Source: an uncultured Nitrososphaerota archaeon
Lineage (GTDB): Archaea; Asgardarchaeota; Njordarchaeia; Njordarchaeales; Panguiarchaeaceae
Reading direction: 5' to 3'
Assembly (NCBI GenBank): GCA_964636085.1
Contig: CAZWPQ010000028.1
Location: 1 to 28,576, forward strand
Length of the DNA: 28,576 nt
Under the pieces are notes generated by a model. That model was given only the letters and a program-made list of their open reading frames with translations. It did no database searches and was not told the DNA's origin. Below, piece by piece: positions 1 to 9,146 of this stretch (position 1 is the first letter of the stretch; every line of letters starts with the position of its first letter). The translations under genes and the position numbers were made by a program.

Positions 1-8
1 AAAATAGG

Positions 9-3000
9 GAAACATAGAGAATTCCCCAGGAGGGGGTTGAAATACAGGTCGTATTATCTTTCCGTATAACAACACAGATTAGAAACATAGAGAATTCCCC
101 AGGAGGGGGTTGAAATAAAGATGATATGAATGCCGTGACTGTCATAATTGACAAGAGAAACATAGAGAATTCCCCAGGAGGGGGTTGAAATATAAAATCG
201 CCACTTGCTTAAATAAATCCACATCTTCAAGAAACATAGAGAATTCCCCAGGAGGGGGTTGAAATTTGTAATTGGTTTTAATTATCTTTTTTTTGCTTGA
301 TTTTGCGAAACATAGAGAATTCCCCAGGAGGGGGTTGAAATGCTTCTGGTATCATTGCAAGTTTTTTTGCAATTTTGGGGAAACATAGAGAATTCCCCAG
401 GAGGGGGTTGAAATACGAAATCCCTAATCTTTTTGTATCTCGGCAAATTGAATATGAAACATAGAGAATTCCCCAGGAGGGGGTTGAAATAACACACGCT
501 ATACATTGTCCGCTCTCATCTCGCTAATCAGAAACATAGAGAATTCCCCAGGAGGGGGTTGAAATTGCCCTTTATTAGCCGATAATACAGTATTGCCCGT
601 GCTTGAGAAACATAGAGAATTCCCCAGGAGGGGGTTGAAATAGTTTTACTTGGTGCGTCACCGTCTCCGTGTGCGGTGGTGAAACATAGAGAATTCCCCA
701 GGAGGGGGTTGAAATCACCGCCATACGTGCGGGACAAGGACGGAGACGGCAAAAAGGAAGAAACATAGAGAATTCCCCAGGAGGGGGTTGAAATTGCAGG
801 TTTTACGTAAATATTACCACGTTCATAATATTGAAACATAGAGAATTCCCCAGGAGGGGGTTGAAATATGCTAATTATTGAGCTTATTAGTAGAGCTGGT
901 TTTATGGAGAAACATAGAGAATTCCCCAGGAGGGGGTTGAAATGTTCCAAAACGGTTAATCCTAGTAGAATCGCTAGATTTCGAAACATAGAGAATTCCC
1001 CAGGAGGGGGTTGAAATTAGTGTGCTGTTATTTCCATAACTGGATAATCAGTTACTTGAAACATAGAGAATTCCCCAGGAGGGGGTTGAAATAACGTATA
1101 GCGTCTTGTTCTGATGTTGCTGCAATCGTGAAACATAGAGAATTCCCCAGGAGGGGGTTGAAATTACTACCCAAGTTCTTCTAAGTTTCTCCCATAGGTC
1201 GGGGAAACATAGAGAATTCCCCAGGAGGGGGTTGAAATTGATAAACGCTACGCATTATTTGGAGATTGCTAATTTGTGAAACATAGAGAATTCCCCAGGA
1301 GGGGGTTGAAATTTGCAAAATTGCCCGATTCAATCCCTTGATCATCGTATAGAAACATAGAGAATTCCCCAGGAGGGGGTTGAAATTCCATTTGCGTCGC
1401 GCCAGGCAAAATGCTAACCTGACGGAAACATAGAGAATTCCCCAGGAGGGGGTTGAAATCCAGAGCTCATCGGTCTACACCAGCGGTGGCTTTGCATACA
1501 AGAAACATAGAGAATTCCCCAGGAGGGGGTTGAAATATGATGCAGCCTTCTTGGAGGAGCTGTTTTGCTTCTTGGCGAAACATAGAGAATTCCCCAGGAG
1601 GGGGTTGAAATCTTCTTCTCCTTGTCCAGTCTTATTCTCAAAAGAGCTCTCGAAACATAGAGAATTCCCCAGGAGGGGGTTGAAATGGGTCTTTGACATT
1701 AATAGCTATGTCGAGAATGTAGTAGAAACATAGAGAATTCCCCAGGAGGAGGTTGAAATTTTTTGCTTGCATACCGACACCGAATATATTTGTCTATATA
1801 TAATAGAAACATAGAGAATTCCCCAGGAGGGGGTTGAAATATATGTATGATCATCACGATAGTAACTTGCAATATCTTCAGAAACATAGAGAATTCCCCA
1901 GGAGGGGGTTGAAATGCAACAATTTTATTTTCCGCATACAAGAATTAGAGCATCGAAACATAGAGAATTCCCCAGGAGGGGGTTGAAATTTATTTAGTTT
2001 ACTGATACTCATTTTTAGTCACCCCTCTGAAACATAGAGAATTCCCCAGGAGGGGGTTGAAATACCAATTCACCTTCATCTTTGCACATATCTCGGGATC
2101 TGAAACATAGAGAATTCCCCAGGAGGGGGTTGAAATAATATTAGTCTTCCATTATCATACTCCCAGAGGTGCTCTCTCGAAACATAGAGAATTCCCCAGG
2201 AGGGGGTTGAAATTCGGTATGCCCTCGCCTCGCTCATATTTGTTGTACTAATGAGAAACATAGAGAATTCCCCAGGAGGGGGTTGAAATCAACAAGAAGC
2301 AGATAATACTTACTATGCAAGATCCAGGGGAAACATAGAGAATTCCCCAGGAGGGGGTTGAAATAATTTGCAACTCCATAAAATGCAACGAACACTTGGT
2401 CATCGAAACATAGAGAATTCCCCAGGAGGGGTTGAAATTGTTCCATTGCAATTTTAATTAAATTATTTACAAATTCCGAAACATAGAGAATTCCCCAGGA
2501 GGGGGTTGAAATTTCTCTTTAACACACCACCTATCGCCCCAACTCCTTTCCCGAAACATAGAGAATTCCCCAGGAGGGGGTTGAAATATAGTATATAGTA
2601 GCGTAACTCACTCCATACTCCTTCGCCAGAAACATAGAGAATTCCCCAGGAGGGGGTTGAAATCTCATTTACCCTAGATGCTTGGGGCTCCACATCTAGG
2701 GCGAAACATAGAGAATTCCCCAGGAGGGGGTTGAAATACTTTCTTGGCATGTTTGGGTATTCCCTTTATCTTAAAGAAACGAAACATAGAGAATTCCCCA
2801 GGAGGGGGTTGAAATGTATCTTCTGATAAAACTAAGGTTATTGGAACCAGCATGAGAAACATAGAGAATTCCCCAGGAGGGGGTTGAAATATTATCCGAT
2901 ATTGATTATAATGTAATATTAGCTTACGGTCTTGAAACATAGAGAATTCCCCAGGAGGGGGTTGAAATCACTCTAACTACTTCCCACGGATCCGAGAGCG

Positions 3001-3728
3001 TAAGGTAGAAACATAGAGAATTCCCCAGGAGGGGGTTGAAATTATCCTGCTATCGGCTCTTTTCACTCCAGTTATTATGAGGCGAAACATAGAGAATTCC
3101 CCAGGAGGGGGTTGAAATGAAGATCTTGATGCAAATACGTAAGCTTTTTAAAGCATTTTGAAACATAGAGAATTCCCCAGGAGGGGGTTGAAATTAAGAC
3201 CTATTCCCGCACCGTAGAGGTGCAGAGGCTCTTCGAAACATAGAGAATTCCCCAGGAGGGGGTTGAAATTAGAGATGCCAACAAAAGATGCTTGGACGTT
3301 ACGGAGTAAGAAACATAGAGAATTCCCCAGGAGGGGGTTGAAATCTACCAAACCTTGTAGTCACCTGCCTCACTGGTGGAAACAGAAACATAGAGAATTC
3401 CCCAGGAGGGGGTTGAAATTCGGGGAGCGAGTCAGAGAATACTGCAAATCCAAGATACTGAAACATAGAGAATTCCCCAGGAGGGGGTTGAAATATTACA
3501 TCTCCATGAACAATCATATAGTTAGCACTATCATCAGAAACATAGAGAATTCCCCAGGAGGGGGTTGAAATCTCCCCAAAAGGTTTCACCATCCATTCAC
3601 ACCACCCACCCAACAATGAAACATAGAGAATTCCCCAGGAGGGGGTTGAAATTCCCATGACGCTCTACAGAGAAATTCGATCACTAGGTTTAGGAAACAT
3701 AGAGAATTCCCCAGGAGGGGGTTGAAAT
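9..3728 (+). CRISPR. CRISPR array: 50 repeats and 49 complete spacers in the window, truncated by the left window edge
   Basis: 35-bp repeat GAAACATAGAGAATTCCCCAGGAGGGGGTTGAAAT counted 50 times (first 9-43, last 3694-3728). Spacers are 37-46 nt. Orientation is inferred from the 3' TTGAAAT end and a CCCC-AGGA-GGGG hairpin directly followed by an 8-nt tag, GTTGAAAT. Confidence 0.99.
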
Positions 3729-3820
3729 ATATTGTTACTAAAAGTTGGAAGAGAAACCTTAATTTTATAATTCTATAATTGAATAATTTATTAATGAAAG
3801 AATTTTCATTGGTGTCCATA

Positions 3821-4048
3821 TTGGCAAAAACAACAATCACTATTTCCGTTGAAGTTAAGAAGTTCCTAGATGATATGAGAGAAAACAAATCTTGGGAAGA
3901 TTTCCTATTGGAACTAGCTAGGAAAGCAAAATTAGCTGATAAATTATTGGCGTTAGGGGAACTTGAGAGGATATTCACCATGGATGATGCTGAAAAACTT
4001 ATGAAGATTATCGATCGGGTGAAATTAAAGTGGGGGTTGAGAGAATAG
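3821..4048 (+). CDS. vapB: VapB-type antitoxin
   Basis: TTG start at 3821 after a GGTG SD (the ORF track starts at 3779). MAKTTITISVEVKKFL...KSWEDFLLEL fits the archaeal KTITIS..V...L....S....I..L antitoxin pattern, and the gene overlaps the downstream PIN gene. Confidence 0.8.
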   Translation: MAKTTITISVEVKKFLDDMRENKSWEDFLLELARKAKLADKLLALGELERIFTMDDAEKLMKIIDRVKLKWGLRE

Positions 4049-4452
4049 CTATTGATACGGATGTTCTAATATTCCTCAGAAAGGAGAGAATGCTAAGAAG
4101 AATCACATTATTCTATGGTGTATCAATAACATGGGTTACGCTCTATGAATTTCTAAGAGGTTTACGCTATATAGGTAAAAGCGAAAATGAGGCCGCGAGA
4201 ATGAAGGAATTGCTAGAGAAATTGTATACAATTTTATGGCCATCTAATAGAACTATAAGAACTCTAGTCAATATATGGTGTGGCTTAAGGAATAAGGGGA
4301 GAGCATTAGATGAGAGAGATCTGTTCATAGGAGCTTTATGCATAGAGAATAATTTGCCATTATGGACGTTTAATAAGAGGCACTTTAGAATGCTAGAAGA
4401 ATACGGGTTAAGATTGTTTGAACCGAAGTTTCCAAACATGGAGATAGAATAA
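4030..4452 (+). CDS. vapC: VapC PIN-domain RNase toxin
   Basis: PIN motifs IAIDTDVLI, LYEFLRG, DERDLFIGA, LWTFNKRHF; 140 aa; overlaps the antitoxin. Confidence 0.93.
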   Translation: MGVERIAIDTDVLIFLRKERMLRRITLFYGVSITWVTLYEFLRGLRYIGKSENEAARMKELLEKLYTILWPSNRTIRTLVNIWCGLRNKGRALDERDLFIGALCIENNLPLWTFNKRHFRMLEEYGLRLFEPKFPNMEIE

Positions 4453-4475
4453 TACTTTTTGGTAGTCGGAAAACT

Positions 4476-4835
4476 TTGTATGTCCTTTATAATATTATAA
4501 CTACAACAACCGCTCTCGAGGAGTGGAAGGATAGAACCGAGGATTTATCAAGGATTGGAGAATTTAAGGCTGTTCCAGAGGATTATCTTATTAGCCTAGA
4601 GAAGATGTGCCGGCTCCTACTGGGTATTGTAGATAAGCTCGAAGAGGAAACAATATCAATATTGGACTGTACTCCTCTAACCAAAGTGTATACAATAGCG
4701 ATATTTAATATAGCTATAAAGGGGTCTCTCAGTAATCTACATCTACGAAGCAAAGAAAAAATTGATATTCATACAGAGCTTAGGATAATAGGACTTGAGG
4801 AGCCAATGATTATATCCTTAGTAATGTGCCTTTAG
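4476..4835 (+). pseudogene. Hypothetical ORF, possibly an eroded CARF-like (Rossmann) domain gene
   Basis: The frame is open from 4422 but has no canonical start until TTG at 4476. ISILDCTPLTKVYTIAIF resembles the CARF hhDhTxGxKxhS strand-helix motif. Fragmented coding-like sequence follows to about 5250. Confidence 0.35.
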
Positions 4836-5261
4836 AAGTGTTTATTACTTTCTCGTAATCATCTTTGTTATGCTTAAAAATTATCTCTTTACCCTCCTTC
4901 TTCACACAAGTAACATTGGACTCTAAGCCAGAGTGCGCTAGGAAGTTTCTGTCGGATCAACCGCTTGATTTTATCAGGCTGGACAGCGTTGTCCATTTGC
5001 TTTTGCTTTTTCTTCGAGCTTCTTTTTAATTATGTATAGATCGTAACTTATTTTTGCGTTAAGGTCATGTGTACATTTGAATATATTATGATGAGGCTAA
5101 GAGAAGAATACCTAAGATTCTTCATTAATGAACCTATAGAAATGGCTGCAAAGATAGCAGAGAAGGAAAAAAATAGGAGCAATATTCGAGATAACAATAA
5201 CATAGACACAAGGATCATCCATTAAGTTGGTCAGGGGAAGACATAGTCCAGCTATACATCA

Positions 5262-5675
5262 CTATAACCATACTCTTTTTATTTCTTTAATAGTGTCAAA
5301 ATCATCGTCTTCACTAATAATTGTGGGGATTTTATGCGTTAGCATTGTTGCTACATGAATTGCATCTGAAGGCTTTAACTTATAGGTTTTTATTATTCTG
5401 AAGAAATCATCAAGTATTCTGGAGTTTATCGCTAATATACTAATATAGGGGAGAACAGCATTCTGGATGAAACTTAGTGTAGCGTCATAAGGCACATTAT
5501 ACTTTTTCCGTGATACCCAGAAAAGCTCATCAAGTACGAGCATATCCGTATATAAAACGTATGTCCTAATAGCATCATAGTATAGTTCCTCATAAGATCC
5601 CCTATATTCTTCTTCCGTGATGCAGTTGAGGTATATTAGTAAGTTAGCATCAATGAATGCCTGCTCCCTATCCAA
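5262..5675 (-). CDS. vapC: VapC PIN-domain RNase toxin
   Basis: AFIDANLLIYL, VLDELFW, LKPSDAIHVATM, IISEDDDFD. Likely TTG start at 5675 after GAGGAGG, overlapping the antitoxin stop (the ORF track starts at 5696). Confidence 0.93.
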   Translation of the reverse strand: MDREQAFIDANLLIYLNCITEEEYRGSYEELYYDAIRTYVLYTDMLVLDELFWVSRKKYNVPYDATLSFIQNAVLPYISILAINSRILDDFFRIIKTYKLKPSDAIHVATMLTHKIPTIISEDDDFDTIKEIKRVWL

Positions 5676-5940
5676 ATTCCTCCTCAAGCGATACACCCTT
5701 AAGTTCCCCTGGCTTAGGGGATGCCGTATTAAGTTCTCTTAGTCTATCTACATGAGACCTAAAGAATTCCTTAAGCCTCTCAATATCATTTGCAGGTCGC
5801 AACAGTATACCATCATCCCTCAACTCCACCAATACCCAACCCCCCTCCTCAAAACCATACCGTGTCCGAATAATCTTTGGAATAATTAGATACCCTTTTT
5901 TTCCAAGCCTCAGCTTCAAGGCAACCACATGGTCCACCAA
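5668..5940 (-). CDS. vapB: AbrB/MazE/SpoVT-fold antitoxin (VapB)
   Basis: RLGKKGYLIIPKIIRTRYGFEEGGWVLVELRDDGILLRP is the AbrB signature; it lies directly upstream of the PIN gene. Confidence 0.92.
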   Translation of the reverse strand: MVDHVVALKLRLGKKGYLIIPKIIRTRYGFEEGGWVLVELRDDGILLRPANDIERLKEFFRSHVDRLRELNTASPKPGELKGVSLEEEFG

Positions 5941-5972
5941 ATTCCAACCAATACTCCAACAAATACAATATC

Positions 5973-6094
5973 AAAATAAATATATATAAAAAATTTATTT
6001 TTGTCTAAACTAGTTATTGATCCTATCTGTGATTTTGATGCCGATTTTTTATTTCAATAATTGATTTTGAATACCTTAACTTTTATAAATAGTT
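5973..6094. promoter_or_regulatory. Divergent promoter region (vapBC leftward, nurA-like/herA rightward)
   Basis: TATA-like TATATAAA near 5983-5990 lies inside an AAAATAAAT-N11-ATTTATTTT inverted repeat (5973-6001). TTTATAAA at 6082-6089 lies about 40 nt upstream of ATG 6131. Confidence 0.55.
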
Positions 6095-6130
6095 ATGTGT
6101 ATTTTATATATTAGAATTTGTGGTGTGTTT

Positions 6131-7552
6131 ATGGTCAGGACTTCGGCTATGTACTTTGAGAGGTTGAGGTCTGTTTTGCATAAGTGCCTTAGGCTTGGTC
6201 TGTGTTATGGCGTTATTACTATTGATATGCTTGCTAGGGAGCTTGGTATAGGGGAACGTGGACTTAGGGATTATCTTCGTGATCTCACTACTATGGGTGT
6301 TATAGAGTATCTTGGTGCTGGTCGTTATCGAATTAATACCGATCGCATTAATTCAATTTCGCGTTATCTTGATGGGGGTAGTCTTGATATTACTGATTTT
6401 TTTGATGATGAGTTAATCAGGTCTATTAGGGCTAGTCGTGAGATCGAGGATCGTGTCAGTAGGATATTTGAGAGGTTGAACGTGAAGAAGTTGTTGGATC
6501 GTGATTTCAGAATGGAGGTTCTGAATTTTAGATATAGCGGTGTTTTGACTATTGATGGTGCTAGGATTGTTGGTGATAGGCTTATTTTGCCCGGTGTTTC
6601 TGAGAGTTTTCCGCTCGATAGAATGTATGTTGGTGGCTCTGGGTATGGTTATAGTGTGGATAATAGAGTCCTGTGGTCTAGTGCTAGAGAGCCTTTTGCT
6701 ACTCTCACTCTTGCGTTTACTAGTGCTGCTTCTTTTGTCGCGTGGTTTGAGGGTGATCGTTTAGATTATTCTAAGTCTTGGTCTGATATTCATCCAAGTT
6801 TTAGGGAGTATACTGGTCGTAGTCCTTTTGTTAGGGGAGAGCCATTCTATGAGCTTGTTACGGGATATCCTGAGCTACTTGATTTTGCCCGTAGGCTTGC
6901 GGCTAGGCTAATTGCGCAACAGATCCATTATAATGTTATATTGAGTGCAATTGATTCCAAAGGTAGTGATATGGATGTTCTTTTTGTTGGAGGATCCCTG
7001 TTTCCTCATGGTTATGTCATTGAGGCTAAGAGACTTTTGGAGCTTAAAAGTATTGTCGAGAAAACTTTTGATAAATTAGTATCGATGGCTAGGAAGTATC
7101 GCGTTTTGCTTGCGGGTGTAAATTTTAAGCCTCATGATAATGTCTTTATTAGATTCTTGAGGAAGTATTTAGATGTTGAATTTGGCCATATTAACGATAC
7201 TAATGCCTTACTATTCTTGCTTAATGATGGTGACACAACGGCTCCTATAAATAGGTTTTCTGAAAAGGGTCGTAGGAGGATCGATGAGTGGTATGAGTTC
7301 TATATGAAGGTAGGGGATAGGGTGGTTAAGGTAGAATATATAAGTCTTGGCGAACCATTCAAGGATTATGTTAGGATAAGGGATCTTTTATATTCTTCTT
7401 CTTTGCCTAGTCCACGTGGTGACGATATTTTTGGGCCTAGCCCCATGGTGGAGTCTGTCATAAGGGCTCAAAGCCAGCTTAGGATATTAAGACATTCAAT
7501 TCCGAAAGTTATTCAGCTTAAACTTGATGAATATCTCGGTTTTGCTAGGTGA
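6131..7552 (+). CDS. wHTH + NurA-like domain protein, predicted nuclease-inactive
   Basis: N-terminal wHTH (TIDMLARELGIGERGLRDYLRDLTTMGVIEY..GRYRI). NurA-like motifs in the expected order: YVGGS, VLFVGGSLFP, LAGVNFK, NDTNALLFLLNDGD, FYMK..VKVEY. Directly upstream of herA. ATG 6131 follows a GGTG SD (the ORF track starts at 6095). Confidence 0.8.
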   Translation: MVRTSAMYFERLRSVLHKCLRLGLCYGVITIDMLARELGIGERGLRDYLRDLTTMGVIEYLGAGRYRINTDRINSISRYLDGGSLDITDFFDDELIRSIRASREIEDRVSRIFERLNVKKLLDRDFRMEVLNFRYSGVLTIDGARIVGDRLILPGVSESFPLDRMYVGGSGYGYSVDNRVLWSSAREPFATLTLAFTSAASFVAWFEGDRLDYSKSWSDIHPSFREYTGRSPFVRGEPFYELVTGYPELLDFARRLAARLIAQQIHYNVILSAIDSKGSDMDVLFVGGSLFPHGYVIEAKRLLELKSIVEKTFDKLVSMARKYRVLLAGVNFKPHDNVFIRFLRKYLDVEFGHINDTNALLFLLNDGDTTAPINRFSEKGRRRIDEWYEFYMKVGDRVVKVEYISLGEPFKDYVRIRDLLYSSSLPSPRGDDIFGPSPMVESVIRAQSQLRILRHSIPKVIQLKLDEYLGFAR

Positions 7553-7557
7553 TAATT

Positions 7558-9102
7558 ATGTCAGATATTTTGGGCTATGTGAGCAGGAACAAACGGGAGG
7601 AAACCAGTTCATCATCCAAGGAGTACATTGGAATAGTTGTTGGTTATGGCAGACCCCCCACGCATCTCTCGTTTTCCTTTCAGTTGAGGGACCAAGCAAG
7701 TGTTAGTGTTGGGGATTTTGTGGAGGTTCCCATTGGTAGTAGTGTTATTATTGGCAGAATAACTAGGATAGTTTCAAGGAATAAGAGTCTTATGGATCCA
7801 GAGTTCATAAAGATTCATCTGAGTAAGGGTCTTCCTATCGATGCAAGGATTGCTGTATCGAGGGATAATTGGTGGGAGGGGCTTGTAGAGATTATTGCCG
7901 TGATGAAGGCTGATACGTTATTGCCACCAAACATTCCTCCCTCGCCGGGGGATTATGTATATCCTGCAGATATTGAGACTGTTAGGAGAATATTGAATAT
8001 TTGTGAGCATGGACTATTTGTGGGTTATATGTATGGGCATAAAGATATCCACGTTATCCTCGATCCAGACATATTATTGAGACTTCATTTTGCCATATTT
8101 GGCTCTACTGGTAGTGGTAAGTCCTATACTGTAGGCGTAATTGTTGAAGAGTTGTTGAAGTCGGGGTATCCAGTTGTTATATTTGATGCCCATGGAGAGT
8201 ATTCTTCCCTTTCAATACCTAACGATTCTGCTACTGAGATTGAAGAATTGAGGATGCTTGGTCTAGAGCCCTCTGGTTTTGATGCCAAAACATTTACCCC
8301 AGATCAACTAACAGTTGGTTTTGAGGATTTAGATATTGACGCTATATCTGAGGTAACAAAAATGTCCCCAGTTATGGCGGATTTACTCTACTTGGCATTT
8401 AAACACATTGATAATGTGATCTATACTTTGGATGAAGAAAAAGATGCTTCTGAAGGAAAAGCTTGGGTAGATAGACTTATTAGGGCAGTCAACATTGCTG
8501 CCTCAAAATGGAAATTTGACAATAAAACAAGAATTGCACTAAGGAGGAGGATAGAAACACTTAAGGAGCTCTCTATTTTTGGCAATAGTCTGGATGTTAA
8601 TTCTGTCGTTAGGCGTGGTTGTGCCACAATTATTGATATTAGTCAAGGTCTTACTGATTACGAAAGAAGGGTATATGTTGGTATGGTACTTAAAAGATTG
8701 TTCGAGGCTAGGAAGAAAAAATTAGTTCCTCCACTACTAGTAATTGTTGAAGAGAGCCATATTTTTGCTCCTCAGGACCTAGATACGTATAGCAAGACAA
8801 TGATGAGAAGAATTGCTAGAGAAGGAAGAAAATTTGGGATTGGGATCGGGATAATAAGTCAGAGGATTATTGGTCTTGATAAGGATGTTATCAGCCAATG
8901 TGGAACGAAGTTTATATTAAGAGTTGACTCTAAGACAGATCTAGAATATCTAAGACCATATACTAGTCTTCTGACGAGTGAGGACTTTAAGAGGATACCT
9001 CATCTTCCAACGGGCATGGCATATATAACTGGTCAGGCTATCAGATATCCAGTGCTTACAAAGATAAGACCAAGACAATCTAAGCATTATCTTTTTGAAT
9101 AA
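7558..9102 (+). CDS. herA: HerA-family ATPase/DNA translocase (HAS barrel + DUF87)
   Basis: HAS barrel (VSVGDFVEV..IIGRITRI, PPSPGDYVY), Walker A HFAIFGSTGSGKS, IFDAHGEY, Walker B VIVEESH, REGRKFG, ISQR, LPTGMAYI. ATG 7558 follows an AGGTGA SD. Confidence 0.95.
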   Translation: MSDILGYVSRNKREETSSSSKEYIGIVVGYGRPPTHLSFSFQLRDQASVSVGDFVEVPIGSSVIIGRITRIVSRNKSLMDPEFIKIHLSKGLPIDARIAVSRDNWWEGLVEIIAVMKADTLLPPNIPPSPGDYVYPADIETVRRILNICEHGLFVGYMYGHKDIHVILDPDILLRLHFAIFGSTGSGKSYTVGVIVEELLKSGYPVVIFDAHGEYSSLSIPNDSATEIEELRMLGLEPSGFDAKTFTPDQLTVGFEDLDIDAISEVTKMSPVMADLLYLAFKHIDNVIYTLDEEKDASEGKAWVDRLIRAVNIAASKWKFDNKTRIALRRRIETLKELSIFGNSLDVNSVVRRGCATIIDISQGLTDYERRVYVGMVLKRLFEARKKKLVPPLLVIVEESHIFAPQDLDTYSKTMMRRIAREGRKFGIGIGIISQRIIGLDKDVISQCGTKFILRVDSKTDLEYLRPYTSLLTSEDFKRIPHLPTGMAYITGQAIRYPVLTKIRPRQSKHYLFE

Positions 9103-9146
9103 ATTATAGGCCTTTTTTTCGATTATAACGATGCATGGTGATATGA

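Noticed and set aside
716-759. Spacer encoding DKDGDG, suspected of self-targeting the DxDxDG surface gene
   Set aside because: No nucleotide-level match to 10230-10877 by eye; only a generic motif resemblance.
3729-3820. AT-rich stretch as the CRISPR leader
   Set aside because: Repeat polarity and antisense spacers put the leader left of the window, and this short stretch fits a vapBC promoter. Not fully excluded.
282-3981. Many 60-150 aa ORFs over the array
   Set aside because: They are translations of the repeat (FNPLLGNSLCF, ISTPSWGILYVS, FQPPPGEFSMF), not genes.
6131-9102. Housekeeping nurA-herA repair operon
   Set aside because: No mre11/rad50 nearby; the wHTH fusion, missing catalytic residues and adjacent cas6 argue against it.
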